IMG/VR virus record: IMGVR_UViG_3300034095_000299
Coordinates: 1 to 37,761 of that record
DNA length: 37,761 nt
Direction: 5' to 3' (one strand)
DNA from: a virus
Taxonomy: Duplodnaviria; Caudoviricetes
This document shows, piece by piece, positions 17,155-25,937 of the stretch. The position numbers and the translations under genes were made by a program. Within the stretch, counting starts at the first letter, position 1; each line of letters begins with the position of its first letter. A model generated the notes under the pieces. It did not search any database. It saw nothing but the letters and a program-made list of their open reading frames with translations, and was not told the DNA's origin.

Positions 17155-19632
17155 ATGACGATTAGTTCAACAGTACGAATCGCTGGGCCGTTTATAGGCA
17201 CAAGCACAGCGACCGTATTTCCATTCGCTTTCAAGATATTTGCTGCTTCAAACTTGCAGGTTGTTCGCGCTGACTCTTCAACAGGACTTGAGTCAACGCT
17301 CATACTGAACACCGACTACACGGTGTCATTGAACACCGACCAAGACAGCAACCCCGGTGGCAACGTGACGCTCCTCGCCGTACTGGCGACCGGGTTCACG
17401 ATGGTGATCACCTCGGACATTGCGAACCTGCAACCGACCGACCTGACCAATCAGGGTGGCTTCTACCCCGAAGTCATCACGGACGCGCTTGACCGGGCAA
17501 CGATTCAGATTCAGCAGATGGCTGACGAGTTGACACGGTCTATCAAGATCCCGATCTCTGACGGCTTGAGCCTTGACATGGAGTTGCCGCCAGTTTCCGG
17601 AAGATCAAATAAGTATTTGGTATTTGACGCAAACGGTTTGCCAATTGTTTCAGCCGGCTCAGGTACGGATACTGCGCTTCGCACTGATTTGGCTGTATCG
17701 ACGGTTGCTGCCGCAGGTGCTGGTTTAGTTGGATACCGCAATTCTTCTGCATCATCTATCGCACGAACGGTGCTTTCCAAGTTGCGTGACACGGTCAGTG
17801 TCAATGACTTTGGCGCGGTAGGGGATGGGGTGACCGATGATACGACAGCATTTCAAAATGCAATAGCCTCACTTGTTTCAATTGGATGCGGAACATTACT
17901 AATTCCAAAAACAGCCAATAGTTACCGAATTAGTTCTACTGGTGCTTTGTCTGTATCAAACACAAATGGTATTAGCATTATTTCTAATGGAGCAACCATT
18001 GCTTGTTCTGCTAGATCGTCTTTATCTAATGCTACTGGCTTTATTACAGGAACAAATGTTGACAATTTAACTGTTGATGGATTAAGGTTTGTTTGTTATG
18101 ACACTGTTTCTAGATATGGTAATTCCGACGCAGCGTTTGATTCTTACTGTAATACGGCAGATTTTCCCGGGAAAAATCCAAAATGTTCCGCTCCTTATTT
18201 TGGAAGTCTTACCACCATAGTTACAAATTTTAGATACGGTTTACTTTTAACTGATGTTGAAAATGTTGTAATTAAGAATTGTTATTTCGGTAACGATTTT
18301 TATCAACCAATAAATTTTCAAAGTACTGGTTCAACAACACTAGGAACTGGAAACAAGAACATTTTAATTGAAAACACAACATTTGATGGCGTAAATATTT
18401 CGGGTATTTATTGGGAAGAAACAACAAATATTACTATAAATAATTGCTTGTGGAACAACTGTTCGGATACTGATTTGGATCACGCAATATATTTATTCAA
18501 AAATACCAAAAACCTTGTAATTACAAATTCACAAACTATTGGAGGAATGTATGGGGCCGCATTTCCTTTAGGTTTGTACGGTGTAGATACAGTAACAATA
18601 AACAATGTATTGGTTGATAATTGTCACAATATTGCATTATATATGTCTGCTGTATCTCCAACATATGTCGGTGGAAATAATTTAGGTGTTGTAAAAAACA
18701 TAACGGTTAATAATTTTACAGTTGTAAATCAAACTACAAGTTTGTTTGCAACAGCATCTGCCTTAATCTCCATACCAGCAGTAATCGCAAATGAAGTTGG
18801 GGTAGAAAATGTTTGTTTATCAAACATATCTATTTATGGGTGTCTTTCGCCTTGCTTTAGTTTAATGAGTCATGCTTCTGCTGCATCACCACATAAAAAT
18901 ATTGTTTTAGATGGATTTTATTTTAGCAATGCAAATCTTTTAACTGCTAGTAATGGTTGCATGAGTGTAGGAAAATCAACTAATACAGTAATTAAAAATG
19001 GAGTTATCCTTGATGCTTCAAGAATAGCAGGTACTTGTGAAGCAGTAATAACATTACAAACTGATTTAACAAATGTATTAATTGACAATATTTCTATAAT
19101 CAATCAAAGCAGAGCGTTTAATCCTGTTGGTGGAACTGCACCCTTTTGTATCCGTAGTACGGCAACACCAATTACTGGGTTAGTTCAAAATTGCAACTTT
19201 GTTAATTACAATGCTGGTGCAATTAATTCTGCTGATATTGCAAATTACAACACGACACTAAGACATAAAAATCTTGTGACATTTGGAAGATTGGGTTTGT
19301 ATTTTACTTCGGGCCTAACAAATTATTCGCAACCAATAATCATTTCCCAGCCGGAAGTAACGCTTACTGTTAACAGTGCAACTCCAACAGTTCAATATGT
19401 TACTGAGTTTGTAACTGCAAACACAGTTGCTACTAGCATAACAGATTTTACAAATGGAGTTGACGGACAAGAAATAACAGTAAGGGTAAACGATGCAAAC
19501 ACAACATTTGATTTTACTGGGTCATCGCTAAAAGGAAATGTAGGAGTTGATTTTCTTGCAACGAGTGGTGATGTATTGTTTGCTAAAAAACAAGGAAGCA
19601 ACTGGTATTGCACAATCTGCGACATTTCATAA
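17155..19632 (+). CDS. Tail spike/fibre with T7-type N-terminal anchor and parallel beta-helix (putative depolymerase)
   Basis: 825 aa; N-terminal FPFAFKIF...DYTVSL...DALDRATIQIQQ anchor; ARTVLSKLRDTVSVNDFGAVGDGVTDDT (pectate-lyase-3-like entry motif) then Asn/Ile-rich repeats; SD AGGAG. Confidence 0.85.
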   Translation: MTISSTVRIAGPFIGTSTATVFPFAFKIFAASNLQVVRADSSTGLESTLILNTDYTVSLNTDQDSNPGGNVTLLAVLATGFTMVITSDIANLQPTDLTNQGGFYPEVITDALDRATIQIQQMADELTRSIKIPISDGLSLDMELPPVSGRSNKYLVFDANGLPIVSAGSGTDTALRTDLAVSTVAAAGAGLVGYRNSSASSIARTVLSKLRDTVSVNDFGAVGDGVTDDTTAFQNAIASLVSIGCGTLLIPKTANSYRISSTGALSVSNTNGISIISNGATIACSARSSLSNATGFITGTNVDNLTVDGLRFVCYDTVSRYGNSDAAFDSYCNTADFPGKNPKCSAPYFGSLTTIVTNFRYGLLLTDVENVVIKNCYFGNDFYQPINFQSTGSTTLGTGNKNILIENTTFDGVNISGIYWEETTNITINNCLWNNCSDTDLDHAIYLFKNTKNLVITNSQTIGGMYGAAFPLGLYGVDTVTINNVLVDNCHNIALYMSAVSPTYVGGNNLGVVKNITVNNFTVVNQTTSLFATASALISIPAVIANEVGVENVCLSNISIYGCLSPCFSLMSHASAASPHKNIVLDGFYFSNANLLTASNGCMSVGKSTNTVIKNGVILDASRIAGTCEAVITLQTDLTNVLIDNISIINQSRAFNPVGGTAPFCIRSTATPITGLVQNCNFVNYNAGAINSADIANYNTTLRHKNLVTFGRLGLYFTSGLTNYSQPIIISQPEVTLTVNSATPTVQYVTEFVTANTVATSITDFTNGVDGQEITVRVNDANTTFDFTGSSLKGNVGVDFLATSGDVLFAKKQGSNWYCTICDIS

Positions 19633-19641
19633 AGGTGAAAA

Positions 19642-19899
19642 ATGGCTTTATCTAAAACACAACATGTTTTGTATCTTGGAAAAACTTTAGATTTTAATAA
19701 TGCATACATCAAAGTAAATTCATTAAGTGGAAATAAAAACACAATGAATTTAGTTGTAGATATTTTTGATACAAAAGATGGGTTAAAAATATCTGGGATG
19801 GTTTGTGGATTTGTGCATGATCCAAACGAATCAGTATTTAGGCAAGCCTACGAGTATCTTAAAACTTTGCCAGAATTTGCCAACGCCACGGACTGTTAA
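19642..19899 (+). CDS. Small tail-fibre-associated protein
   Basis: 85 aa, same low GC as the spike C-terminus; ends QAYEYLKTLPEFANATDC, a motif I recognise from small genes following tail fibres; SD AAGGTG. Confidence 0.65.
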   Translation: MALSKTQHVLYLGKTLDFNNAYIKVNSLSGNKNTMNLVVDIFDTKDGLKISGMVCGFVHDPNESVFRQAYEYLKTLPEFANATDC

Positions 19900-19965
19900 T
19901 GATCAAGAACCTAGGCGGTGTATTCGGATTTGAATTAGCAATTGCATCAGCGTAAAGAATCACAC

Positions 19966-20190
19966 ATGACCTCCTCTCACAACGAAGAACTGTTTCTCGC
20001 CATTGGTCGCCTAGAAGGCAAGGTGGATTCGTTGCTATCAATGCACACTCAACACTCGGCTGCTCTGAAGGAACACGACGAGCGCATCCGATCTCTTGAA
20101 TACTCACGCGGCTACATGCTCGGTTGGTCAGCGGCTATTGGAGCCGGCATGAGCCTCGCTGCTAGTTTCTTAATTCGCGCATTTACCTAA
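19966..20190 (+). CDS. Holin-like protein (coiled coil plus C-terminal transmembrane helix, XhlA-like architecture)
   Basis: Start revised to ATG 19966; IGRLEGKVDSL...HDERIRSLE followed by hydrophobic GYMLGWSAAIGAGMSLAASFLI. Confidence 0.55.
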   Translation: MTSSHNEELFLAIGRLEGKVDSLLSMHTQHSAALKEHDERIRSLEYSRGYMLGWSAAIGAGMSLAASFLIRAFT

Positions 20191-20199
20191 AGGAACACT

Positions 20200-20736
20200 A
20201 TGGCTACTGACATTACTATCGCTACCGAACAGCCCTCGTACCGCATTAGTTCAGCAGCGGCTGGCACGGCCTACTTGGCTGCTGTCCCTACCCTGACCAT
20301 CCCTGCAACGACAGGCACGACCTTCCTCATCCCGTCAAGTGCTGGCGACAAGCCGAGCCTGTTGCGGTTGACCCCGTACCACACGGCGAACAACGCGACG
20401 GGTCTTGGCATCCGCGTCATTGGTTGGTCTGTGTACACTCAGGCAAGCGGCGTGGATCTGTACGTCCCCAACCTGCTCGCCGAGTTGACCCCTGCTTACA
20501 ACGCAACGTCAGGCAGCATCCCGACCGTGACGTTTGAGGGTACTGCTCAGTACTTCTTCCACGGGTTGACTGCTGCTTCGGGCGTACCGACCGTGAACCT
20601 GTACAGCCCAGGCACTGCTGCCATCCTTGGTACTCCTGCTGCTCACGCGGTCATCGACACGATTGGTCACCGCTACATCACCATTCAATGCAAGTCAAGC
20701 AGCGGCACGTTGAACGCCTTCCATTCATTCCTCTGA
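20200..20736 (+). CDS. Hypothetical beta-rich, probably virion-associated protein
   Basis: 178 aa, Thr/Ala/Gly-rich, SD AAGGA, lies among fibre genes. Confidence 0.6.
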   Translation: MATDITIATEQPSYRISSAAAGTAYLAAVPTLTIPATTGTTFLIPSSAGDKPSLLRLTPYHTANNATGLGIRVIGWSVYTQASGVDLYVPNLLAELTPAYNATSGSIPTVTFEGTAQYFFHGLTAASGVPTVNLYSPGTAAILGTPAAHAVIDTIGHRYITIQCKSSSGTLNAFHSFL

Positions 20737-20751
20737 TCGACAGGCACACCT

Positions 20752-22008
20752 ATGCGAAGTCTCCTCGGCCGCTTCCACCGTCCCATGTCTCGCGGTGCTA
20801 TGGGTGACATGCTGACAATGAATAGTCTTGGCGATGGCTCTACGCTGAACCTTGATTTTACTACGGGTGTGTTGGACTCAAGGCTGACATTTACGCGAAG
20901 TACTACTGCTACTTACATCAACAGCAGCGGGTACGTCACAGTGATGGGCGCAGCGGCTACCAACGATCCCACCAAGGCGCGCTTTGACTATGACCCGGCA
21001 ACGCTTGCGTTGCGTGGGTTGCTGATTGAGGGGCAAGCAACAAATCTTCTCAACTTTAGTGAGACATTTGCTACAACGGGCGGAACCAACAACAATTGGG
21101 CTGATACAAACCTCACGCGCACAAGCACCAACAACACTAGCCCGCGCAATGACGCGACCGCGCTACAAATTACCGCAAGCGCGGGTAATGGAACTATCAT
21201 TAGTTCGGCCGCAATCGGGACTTCGGCTTCTCGCACGTTGAGTGTTTGGCTACGCAGAGTTACAGGCACCGGCAACATTCAATACACGCTCGACAACGGC
21301 TCAACCTACACCACACAAGCGATTACATCATCATGGGTGCGGTACTCGTTTGCGGCTACAACCGCTGCGCAGCGTGTCGGATTTCGTGTCGTTACAAGCG
21401 GAGACGCAATTGAAATTTGGGGCGCACAACTGGAAGCCGGTAGCGGTGCATCAAGTTACGTTGCCACCGTTGCAAGTCAGGTCACGCGGAATGCGGATAT
21501 GTGCTACCTAACTGACTTTGCTGGTTGGTCTGCTGGCGGAAACTTCAACACAGCAGAAGGCACCTTGTTTGTCGATCAAGCGGTCACTTACGTTGGTACA
21601 ACAAGTTACCCGATGGGTGGCTTCAGCACATCAAACACAGCAGGAAGTCGTTTCGGTTGGCAGTACCGCCAAGGCGATGCGCCGCAGGGTTATCGCGGTT
21701 TAGTTAATGCAGGATACGTTTTTGAATTGCCCGTGGGAGCGGGATGGACTATTCCTTCCGGAACAACCAGATTTCGACACGCAATGTCTTGCGGCGGCAA
21801 CACATTCCTGCGTCAATCACTTAAAAGTTCTGCATCGAGTGGTTCGCCCACACAGAACAACTACAGCGATGTCTCAACTCTGAACATTAGCGGGGTAGCG
21901 GCATTTACGCTTACTCAATCCGCATTTGCGTCATCCGTCAGAATTGCAAAGGTTAAGTATTGGCCTCGCGCATTCACACTTAACGAACTTGACTCATTGA
22001 CAACCTAA
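20752..22008 (+). CDS. Fibre/spike protein with lectin-like (LamG/ConA-type) domains
   Basis: 418 aa; LTFTRSTTATY...RFDYDP...GLLIEGQATNLL and GAQLEAGSGASSYVAT...VTRNAD motifs typical of phage head-spike/tail fibre proteins. Confidence 0.7.
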   Translation: MRSLLGRFHRPMSRGAMGDMLTMNSLGDGSTLNLDFTTGVLDSRLTFTRSTTATYINSSGYVTVMGAAATNDPTKARFDYDPATLALRGLLIEGQATNLLNFSETFATTGGTNNNWADTNLTRTSTNNTSPRNDATALQITASAGNGTIISSAAIGTSASRTLSVWLRRVTGTGNIQYTLDNGSTYTTQAITSSWVRYSFAATTAAQRVGFRVVTSGDAIEIWGAQLEAGSGASSYVATVASQVTRNADMCYLTDFAGWSAGGNFNTAEGTLFVDQAVTYVGTTSYPMGGFSTSNTAGSRFGWQYRQGDAPQGYRGLVNAGYVFELPVGAGWTIPSGTTRFRHAMSCGGNTFLRQSLKSSASSGSPTQNNYSDVSTLNISGVAAFTLTQSAFASSVRIAKVKYWPRAFTLNELDSLTT

Positions 22009-22013
22009 ACACT

Positions 22014-22316
22014 ATGGACTATATGCTCCGCACCCCCACAGAGTCCGCTATGGAAGACATCCTCATCGCTGCTGGCCTTGCCCAGGAGACCACAGATCAC
22101 GAAGGGGAGGTCATGGTGGTTCCTACTGAAGGGATCTCCATTGACCACATCGGTGCCATCCCACCCAAGACCGACAGCGAGGGCAACATCCTCAGTCCCG
22201 GTGACACCCGTTGGCACACCAACATCCGCGCCATGATCGAGTTGACCCCTGAACAGGTCACGGCTTTGCCGACCTTTACCCCTGAGCCGTCCATCCCATA
22301 CCGGGTGTTTGCCTAA
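22014..22316 (+). CDS. Small fibre-associated protein
   Basis: 100 aa; IDHIGAI...WHTNIR...PYRVFA; coupled to the next gene by TAATG. Confidence 0.65.
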   Translation: MDYMLRTPTESAMEDILIAAGLAQETTDHEGEVMVVPTEGISIDHIGAIPPKTDSEGNILSPGDTRWHTNIRAMIELTPEQVTALPTFTPEPSIPYRVFA

Positions 22317-23551
22317 TGGCCACAAACAAACGATTACAACAAAAACCAAAAGTATTAAGTACTAAACAGCAAGACTATTTGTCTTCGTTGCAAACTTTAA
22401 TTTCAGCATCTAGCAGAAGTACTTCGGTTACTAGTGCAACTCTTAGCACAAACACCTTTACGGGACTCAACACATTCTCCGCCGGTATCTCTTCAACTAC
22501 TGGGGCTTTCAGCGGAGTCCTTACGGGGACAAGCACAACCGCATCGACATCGTCTGTCACAGGTGCAGTCATTGTTGCTGGTGGTGTGGGTGTTGCTAAA
22601 GACTCCTATATCAACGGACACAAGATTGGTCGTGGTGCGGGAGACTTCGATACCAACATTGCAATCGGTCGGCTTGCGCTTGGCAACAACACGGGAACAT
22701 CTGTTACTGCTATTGGTGTTCAAGCGGCAGATGTAAACACGGGTAGCACAGTATTAGCGTTTGGGTATCAAGCGGCGTACCAAAATAAATCCAATAATCT
22801 AGTTTCCATTGGTCCCGGTTCAGGAGTTTCTAACACAGGCGTAAACAATGTTTTTGTAGGTGGCAATGCAGGAACTTCCAACAACGCCGCAAACTGCATT
22901 GCAATTGGTTTTAATGCCGGTGCAAACAATCTTGGTGGTGGTCTTACGGCTATCGGCTCTGCGGCAGGTGCTGCAAATAAGGTAGGCGGTCAATTCTTAG
23001 TTGCTATTGGAGCAAGTGCAGGATATGGCAATAATGGATACGGATGTACCGCAATCGGATATGTGGCACTAAGTGCTAATTGTTCAGGACACCGAAATAC
23101 TGTAATCGGTAGTAACGCTATGGATGCTGCCACAACAGCAACCAACAATACTGCTGTGGGCGCACACTCGCTTGGTGCAGTAACAACAGGCGCGGGTAAT
23201 ACGGCATTGGGTGGCTACGCTTGTGACTTGCTTACTACAGGCAGCAACAATGTAGTCATTGGATTTGAATCCGATGTTGCCGCTGTCGGTGACACTAACT
23301 CAATCGTCATCGGCAAAGGTGCTGTTGGGCTTGGAACTAACACAACTGTCATCGGCGTAACTGCAACAACATCCACCAAACTGTTTGGCTCGTTGCTGAT
23401 TACAGGTGACACCGTATCGGTTGCCACTCAGAAGACCCCAGCCTCTGCTACAGCGACAGGCACCAAGGGGGACATCGTTCACGACACCAACTACATCTAT
23501 GTCTGCACGGCTACCAACACTTGGAAGCGCGTAGCAATTTCTACTTGGTAA
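22316..23551 (+). CDS. Tail fibre with glycine-rich 16-17-residue repeats (YadA-head-like beta-roll)
   Basis: 411 aa; about 13 repeats of the type NxAIGxxAxxxNxG; C-terminal TPASATATGTKGDIVHDTNYIYVCTATNTWKR. Confidence 0.7.
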   Translation: MATNKRLQQKPKVLSTKQQDYLSSLQTLISASSRSTSVTSATLSTNTFTGLNTFSAGISSTTGAFSGVLTGTSTTASTSSVTGAVIVAGGVGVAKDSYINGHKIGRGAGDFDTNIAIGRLALGNNTGTSVTAIGVQAADVNTGSTVLAFGYQAAYQNKSNNLVSIGPGSGVSNTGVNNVFVGGNAGTSNNAANCIAIGFNAGANNLGGGLTAIGSAAGAANKVGGQFLVAIGASAGYGNNGYGCTAIGYVALSANCSGHRNTVIGSNAMDAATTATNNTAVGAHSLGAVTTGAGNTALGGYACDLLTTGSNNVVIGFESDVAAVGDTNSIVIGKGAVGLGTNTTVIGVTATTSTKLFGSLLITGDTVSVATQKTPASATATGTKGDIVHDTNYIYVCTATNTWKRVAISTW

Positions 23552-23579
23552 CACTATGACCATACCGGGTGTTCGCCTG

Positions 23580-24065
23580 ATGTACCGCGTTGCGCTGGCA
23601 TTCCTGCTTGCAGGTTGCTCGCCTGTCAGCCGCATTGCCAACAACACGAATGAGATCCGCACCCAGGCTCAATTGCTTGCCGACCACGGCATGGCAATCA
23701 ATGACCCGGTAGTGGTGACAGGCGCGACCCGTATTGACACCCTTGCCGCAGGGATACACATTGCCCTAGGAGGCGTTGAGGATAAGACCCCTGCTTGGAT
23801 GTCAATGTTGACATGGATCGCCATAGCAGCCGTTGTAGTGGCTGTGGTGGTATTGCTGTGGCAGACAGGCCTTGGGACAATGATAAGAATTGCCGTGGGC
23901 TGGCTTCCTCGCAAACAGCGTCAGGACGCAGACCTTGCCGCAGGTATGCTTGACCCATCGAAACCAGAGGACGCTCGCGAATATATCGCTGCCCGTCGTG
24001 CCTCTGATCCATACTTTGATGCGGCCTTCAAAGAGGCACGGGCGGCACACAAGGAGACACAGTAA
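23580..24065 (+). CDS. Lipoprotein with internal transmembrane helix (unimolecular-spanin-like topology)
   Basis: From ATG 23580: MYRVALAFLLAG-C lipobox; second hydrophobic stretch LTWIAIAAVVVAVVVLLW. ATG 23556 is an alternative start. Confidence 0.55.
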   Translation: MYRVALAFLLAGCSPVSRIANNTNEIRTQAQLLADHGMAINDPVVVTGATRIDTLAAGIHIALGGVEDKTPAWMSMLTWIAIAAVVVAVVVLLWQTGLGTMIRIAVGWLPRKQRQDADLAAGMLDPSKPEDAREYIAARRASDPYFDAAFKEARAAHKETQ

Positions 24066-24178
24066 TGCTCGCAGATTTTTCTTCAACGCTTGGGTCGATT
24101 TGGTTTGCATTGGCAGCAGCCGCAATTTCCTTCGGTGCTGGATGGCTACTCAAAGGAAAGTACGGGCATAAGTTCTAA
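24065..24178 (+). CDS. 37-aa single-pass membrane protein
   Basis: MLADFSSTLGSIWFALAAAAISFGAGWLLKGKYGHKF*; SD AAGGAG; TAATG overlaps at both ends; below the ORF-track length cutoff. Confidence 0.75.
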   Translation: MLADFSSTLGSIWFALAAAAISFGAGWLLKGKYGHKF

Positions 24179-25095
24179 TGGCAAACATTCCGTTTCAGGT
24201 ACGGGCAGCGTCGAGGAACATACACCTTGTCGATTTGGATTGCAGCCTGAAATCGAATGAATGGTGGTTCCTACTGTCCGGGGATCGCCACCACGACAAC
24301 CCACACGCTGACCATGAACTCGAACTCAAACACCTTAACGAAGCGCGCGACCGCAACGCTGGCATTATTGATGTCGGTGATTTGCATTGCGCGATGGAAG
24401 GCAAGTTCGATCCTCGGCGCAGCAAAGCGGGTATTCGTGAGGAGCATGCAATGGCTCCAGACTATCTCGATTCCTTAGTGCGGTACGCGTCAGACTTCTA
24501 CGCCCCGTACTCAAAGAACTTTGTAGTCATTGGTCGTGGGAACCATGAGTCCGCGATTCTTAAGAATTGCGAAACAGATATCACTGAGCGCACATGCGAG
24601 CGGATGTCACAGATTTCCAAATGCAAGGTGCATGCGGGTGGGTACGGTGGGTGGGTGCGATTCAACATTGAAATGCACAAGAACGAGCGGTATTCGCTTG
24701 CACTCAAGTATTTCCACGGTGCTGGCGGTGCTGCTCTGATGTCGTTTGACACGCTCAAAATTCGACGCGCTGCTGCCGTTACTCCTGACGCTGATGTCAT
24801 TGTGCAGGGTCATGTACACAAACAGTGGTTCATGCCGTTGTCGCGTGAGCGGCTAGTGTGTGACCGAGGTGGCGCACGAATTGTCAGCGACATTCAATAC
24901 CATGTACGCACAGGTACTTACAAGGACGAGTTTGACGACGGTCATGCAGGTTGGCACATTGAGCAAGGCAGAGGGCCGGAAGTACAGGGTGCAGTGTGGA
25001 TGCGTTTGTTCCTTGCGAAGCGCACCTCAAAGACACGAAACGGCAAACCCGACACCAAGTACACGCTCACTCCCGAATTCCATCTTGCACACTGA
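24178..25095 (+). CDS. Calcineurin-like metallophosphoesterase
   Basis: 305 aa with the five family motifs in order: GDRH, GDLH, GNHE, FHG, GHVH. Confidence 0.85.
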   Translation: MANIPFQVRAASRNIHLVDLDCSLKSNEWWFLLSGDRHHDNPHADHELELKHLNEARDRNAGIIDVGDLHCAMEGKFDPRRSKAGIREEHAMAPDYLDSLVRYASDFYAPYSKNFVVIGRGNHESAILKNCETDITERTCERMSQISKCKVHAGGYGGWVRFNIEMHKNERYSLALKYFHGAGGAALMSFDTLKIRRAAAVTPDADVIVQGHVHKQWFMPLSRERLVCDRGGARIVSDIQYHVRTGTYKDEFDDGHAGWHIEQGRGPEVQGAVWMRLFLAKRTSKTRNGKPDTKYTLTPEFHLAH

Positions 25096-25104
25096 GGTAT
25101 TGCC

Positions 25105-25371
25105 ATGCGTGTACGACTTGGTGGCAAGTACTGGACGCTTCGCTTCGTCGCAAACATGCGCGACTACGGTGACATGCACGACCCAGGTCATTTGAAAGGT
25201 CGCATCATTCGCATCGGAACCTGGCCGTCTGAGCAGGACAGGATGGATACGCTCATCCACGAAGCATTGCACTGCATCAGACCCGAACTCGACGAGGCTG
25301 CGGTTGCTGACACTGCAACAGACATTGCGCGATTGCTGTGGAAGTTGGGCTATCGGCAAGTCATCAAATAA
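25105..25371 (+). CDS. Small HExxH zinc-metallopeptidase-like protein
   Basis: 88 aa; DTLIHEALHCI followed by ELDEAAV; SD GAGG. Confidence 0.7.
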   Translation: MRVRLGGKYWTLRFVANMRDYGDMHDPGHLKGRIIRIGTWPSEQDRMDTLIHEALHCIRPELDEAAVADTATDIARLLWKLGYRQVIK

Positions 25372-25411
25372 AAACCCCTACGCCGCAGTGTGTGGTGCTG
25401 CAACGCAGGGG
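25365..25411 (-). terminator. Intrinsic terminator of the leftward operon
   Basis: Minus strand: CCCCUGCGUUGCAG / CUGCGGCGUAGGGG, 14 pairs including G-U, then UUUUUAUUU. The G-U pairs only work on this strand. Confidence 0.8.
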
Positions 25412-25433
25412 GAGAGGATCGGACGGATTCAGT

Positions 25434-25937
25434 CTAGCGGATTCGCAGACTCGTTCCGCGTGGAAGCAGACGGCATCCCGCAATTTCAATGCCGTTGTCA
25501 AGTGCGGAGCGAATGACATCCTTGTCAGGCTCGCGGACAATACGTTGGAAAGCGGGATCAAGTGCAGACGGATCGTCAATCTCAAGCGATTGCTTGCCTC
25601 CGTTGCCGGCAACCGAAAGTTTAAAACGCGGGGTTTCAAGTTTCAGTTTGCCCGTCTGCTCCATTGCTGCCTTCAAGCCTTCCTTGAGGCGTGTAGCCAG
25701 CGCATCGTCGGCAGCAGCGAGCGCACGGATTCGAGAGGCTTCCTTGCCCCTCGACTCCGCTCGCATCTGTAGTTCTGTGATAAACCCTGCGTAAGATTCG
25801 GCCTTGCTTTCAAGCGCACCGTCAAGTCCCGCAAGGTGTTCATTTAGCGCGTCCTGCGCTTCGGGGGAGTCGATACCCCCATCAAGAACTGCGTCTAAGA
25901 TACCCTGCATTTCGGATGTGATTGCGTAAAGCGACAT
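25434..25937 (-). CDS. Siphovirus Gp157-family protein
   Basis: 167 aa; MSLYAIT...ESKAESYA...EPDKDVIRSAL..G.EI.G..L..GTSLRIR; adjacent to an ERF gene, as is usual. Confidence 0.85.
   Translation of the reverse strand: MSLYAITSEMQGILDAVLDGGIDSPEAQDALNEHLAGLDGALESKAESYAGFITELQMRAESRGKEASRIRALAAADDALATRLKEGLKAAMEQTGKLKLETPRFKLSVAGNGGKQSLEIDDPSALDPAFQRIVREPDKDVIRSALDNGIEIAGCRLLPRGTSLRIR

Noticed and set aside
17155-23551. Diversity-generating retroelement, expected by analogy with BPP-1
   Set aside because: No reverse transcriptase motifs in any ORF and no template/variable repeat pair differing at adenines that I could find by eye.
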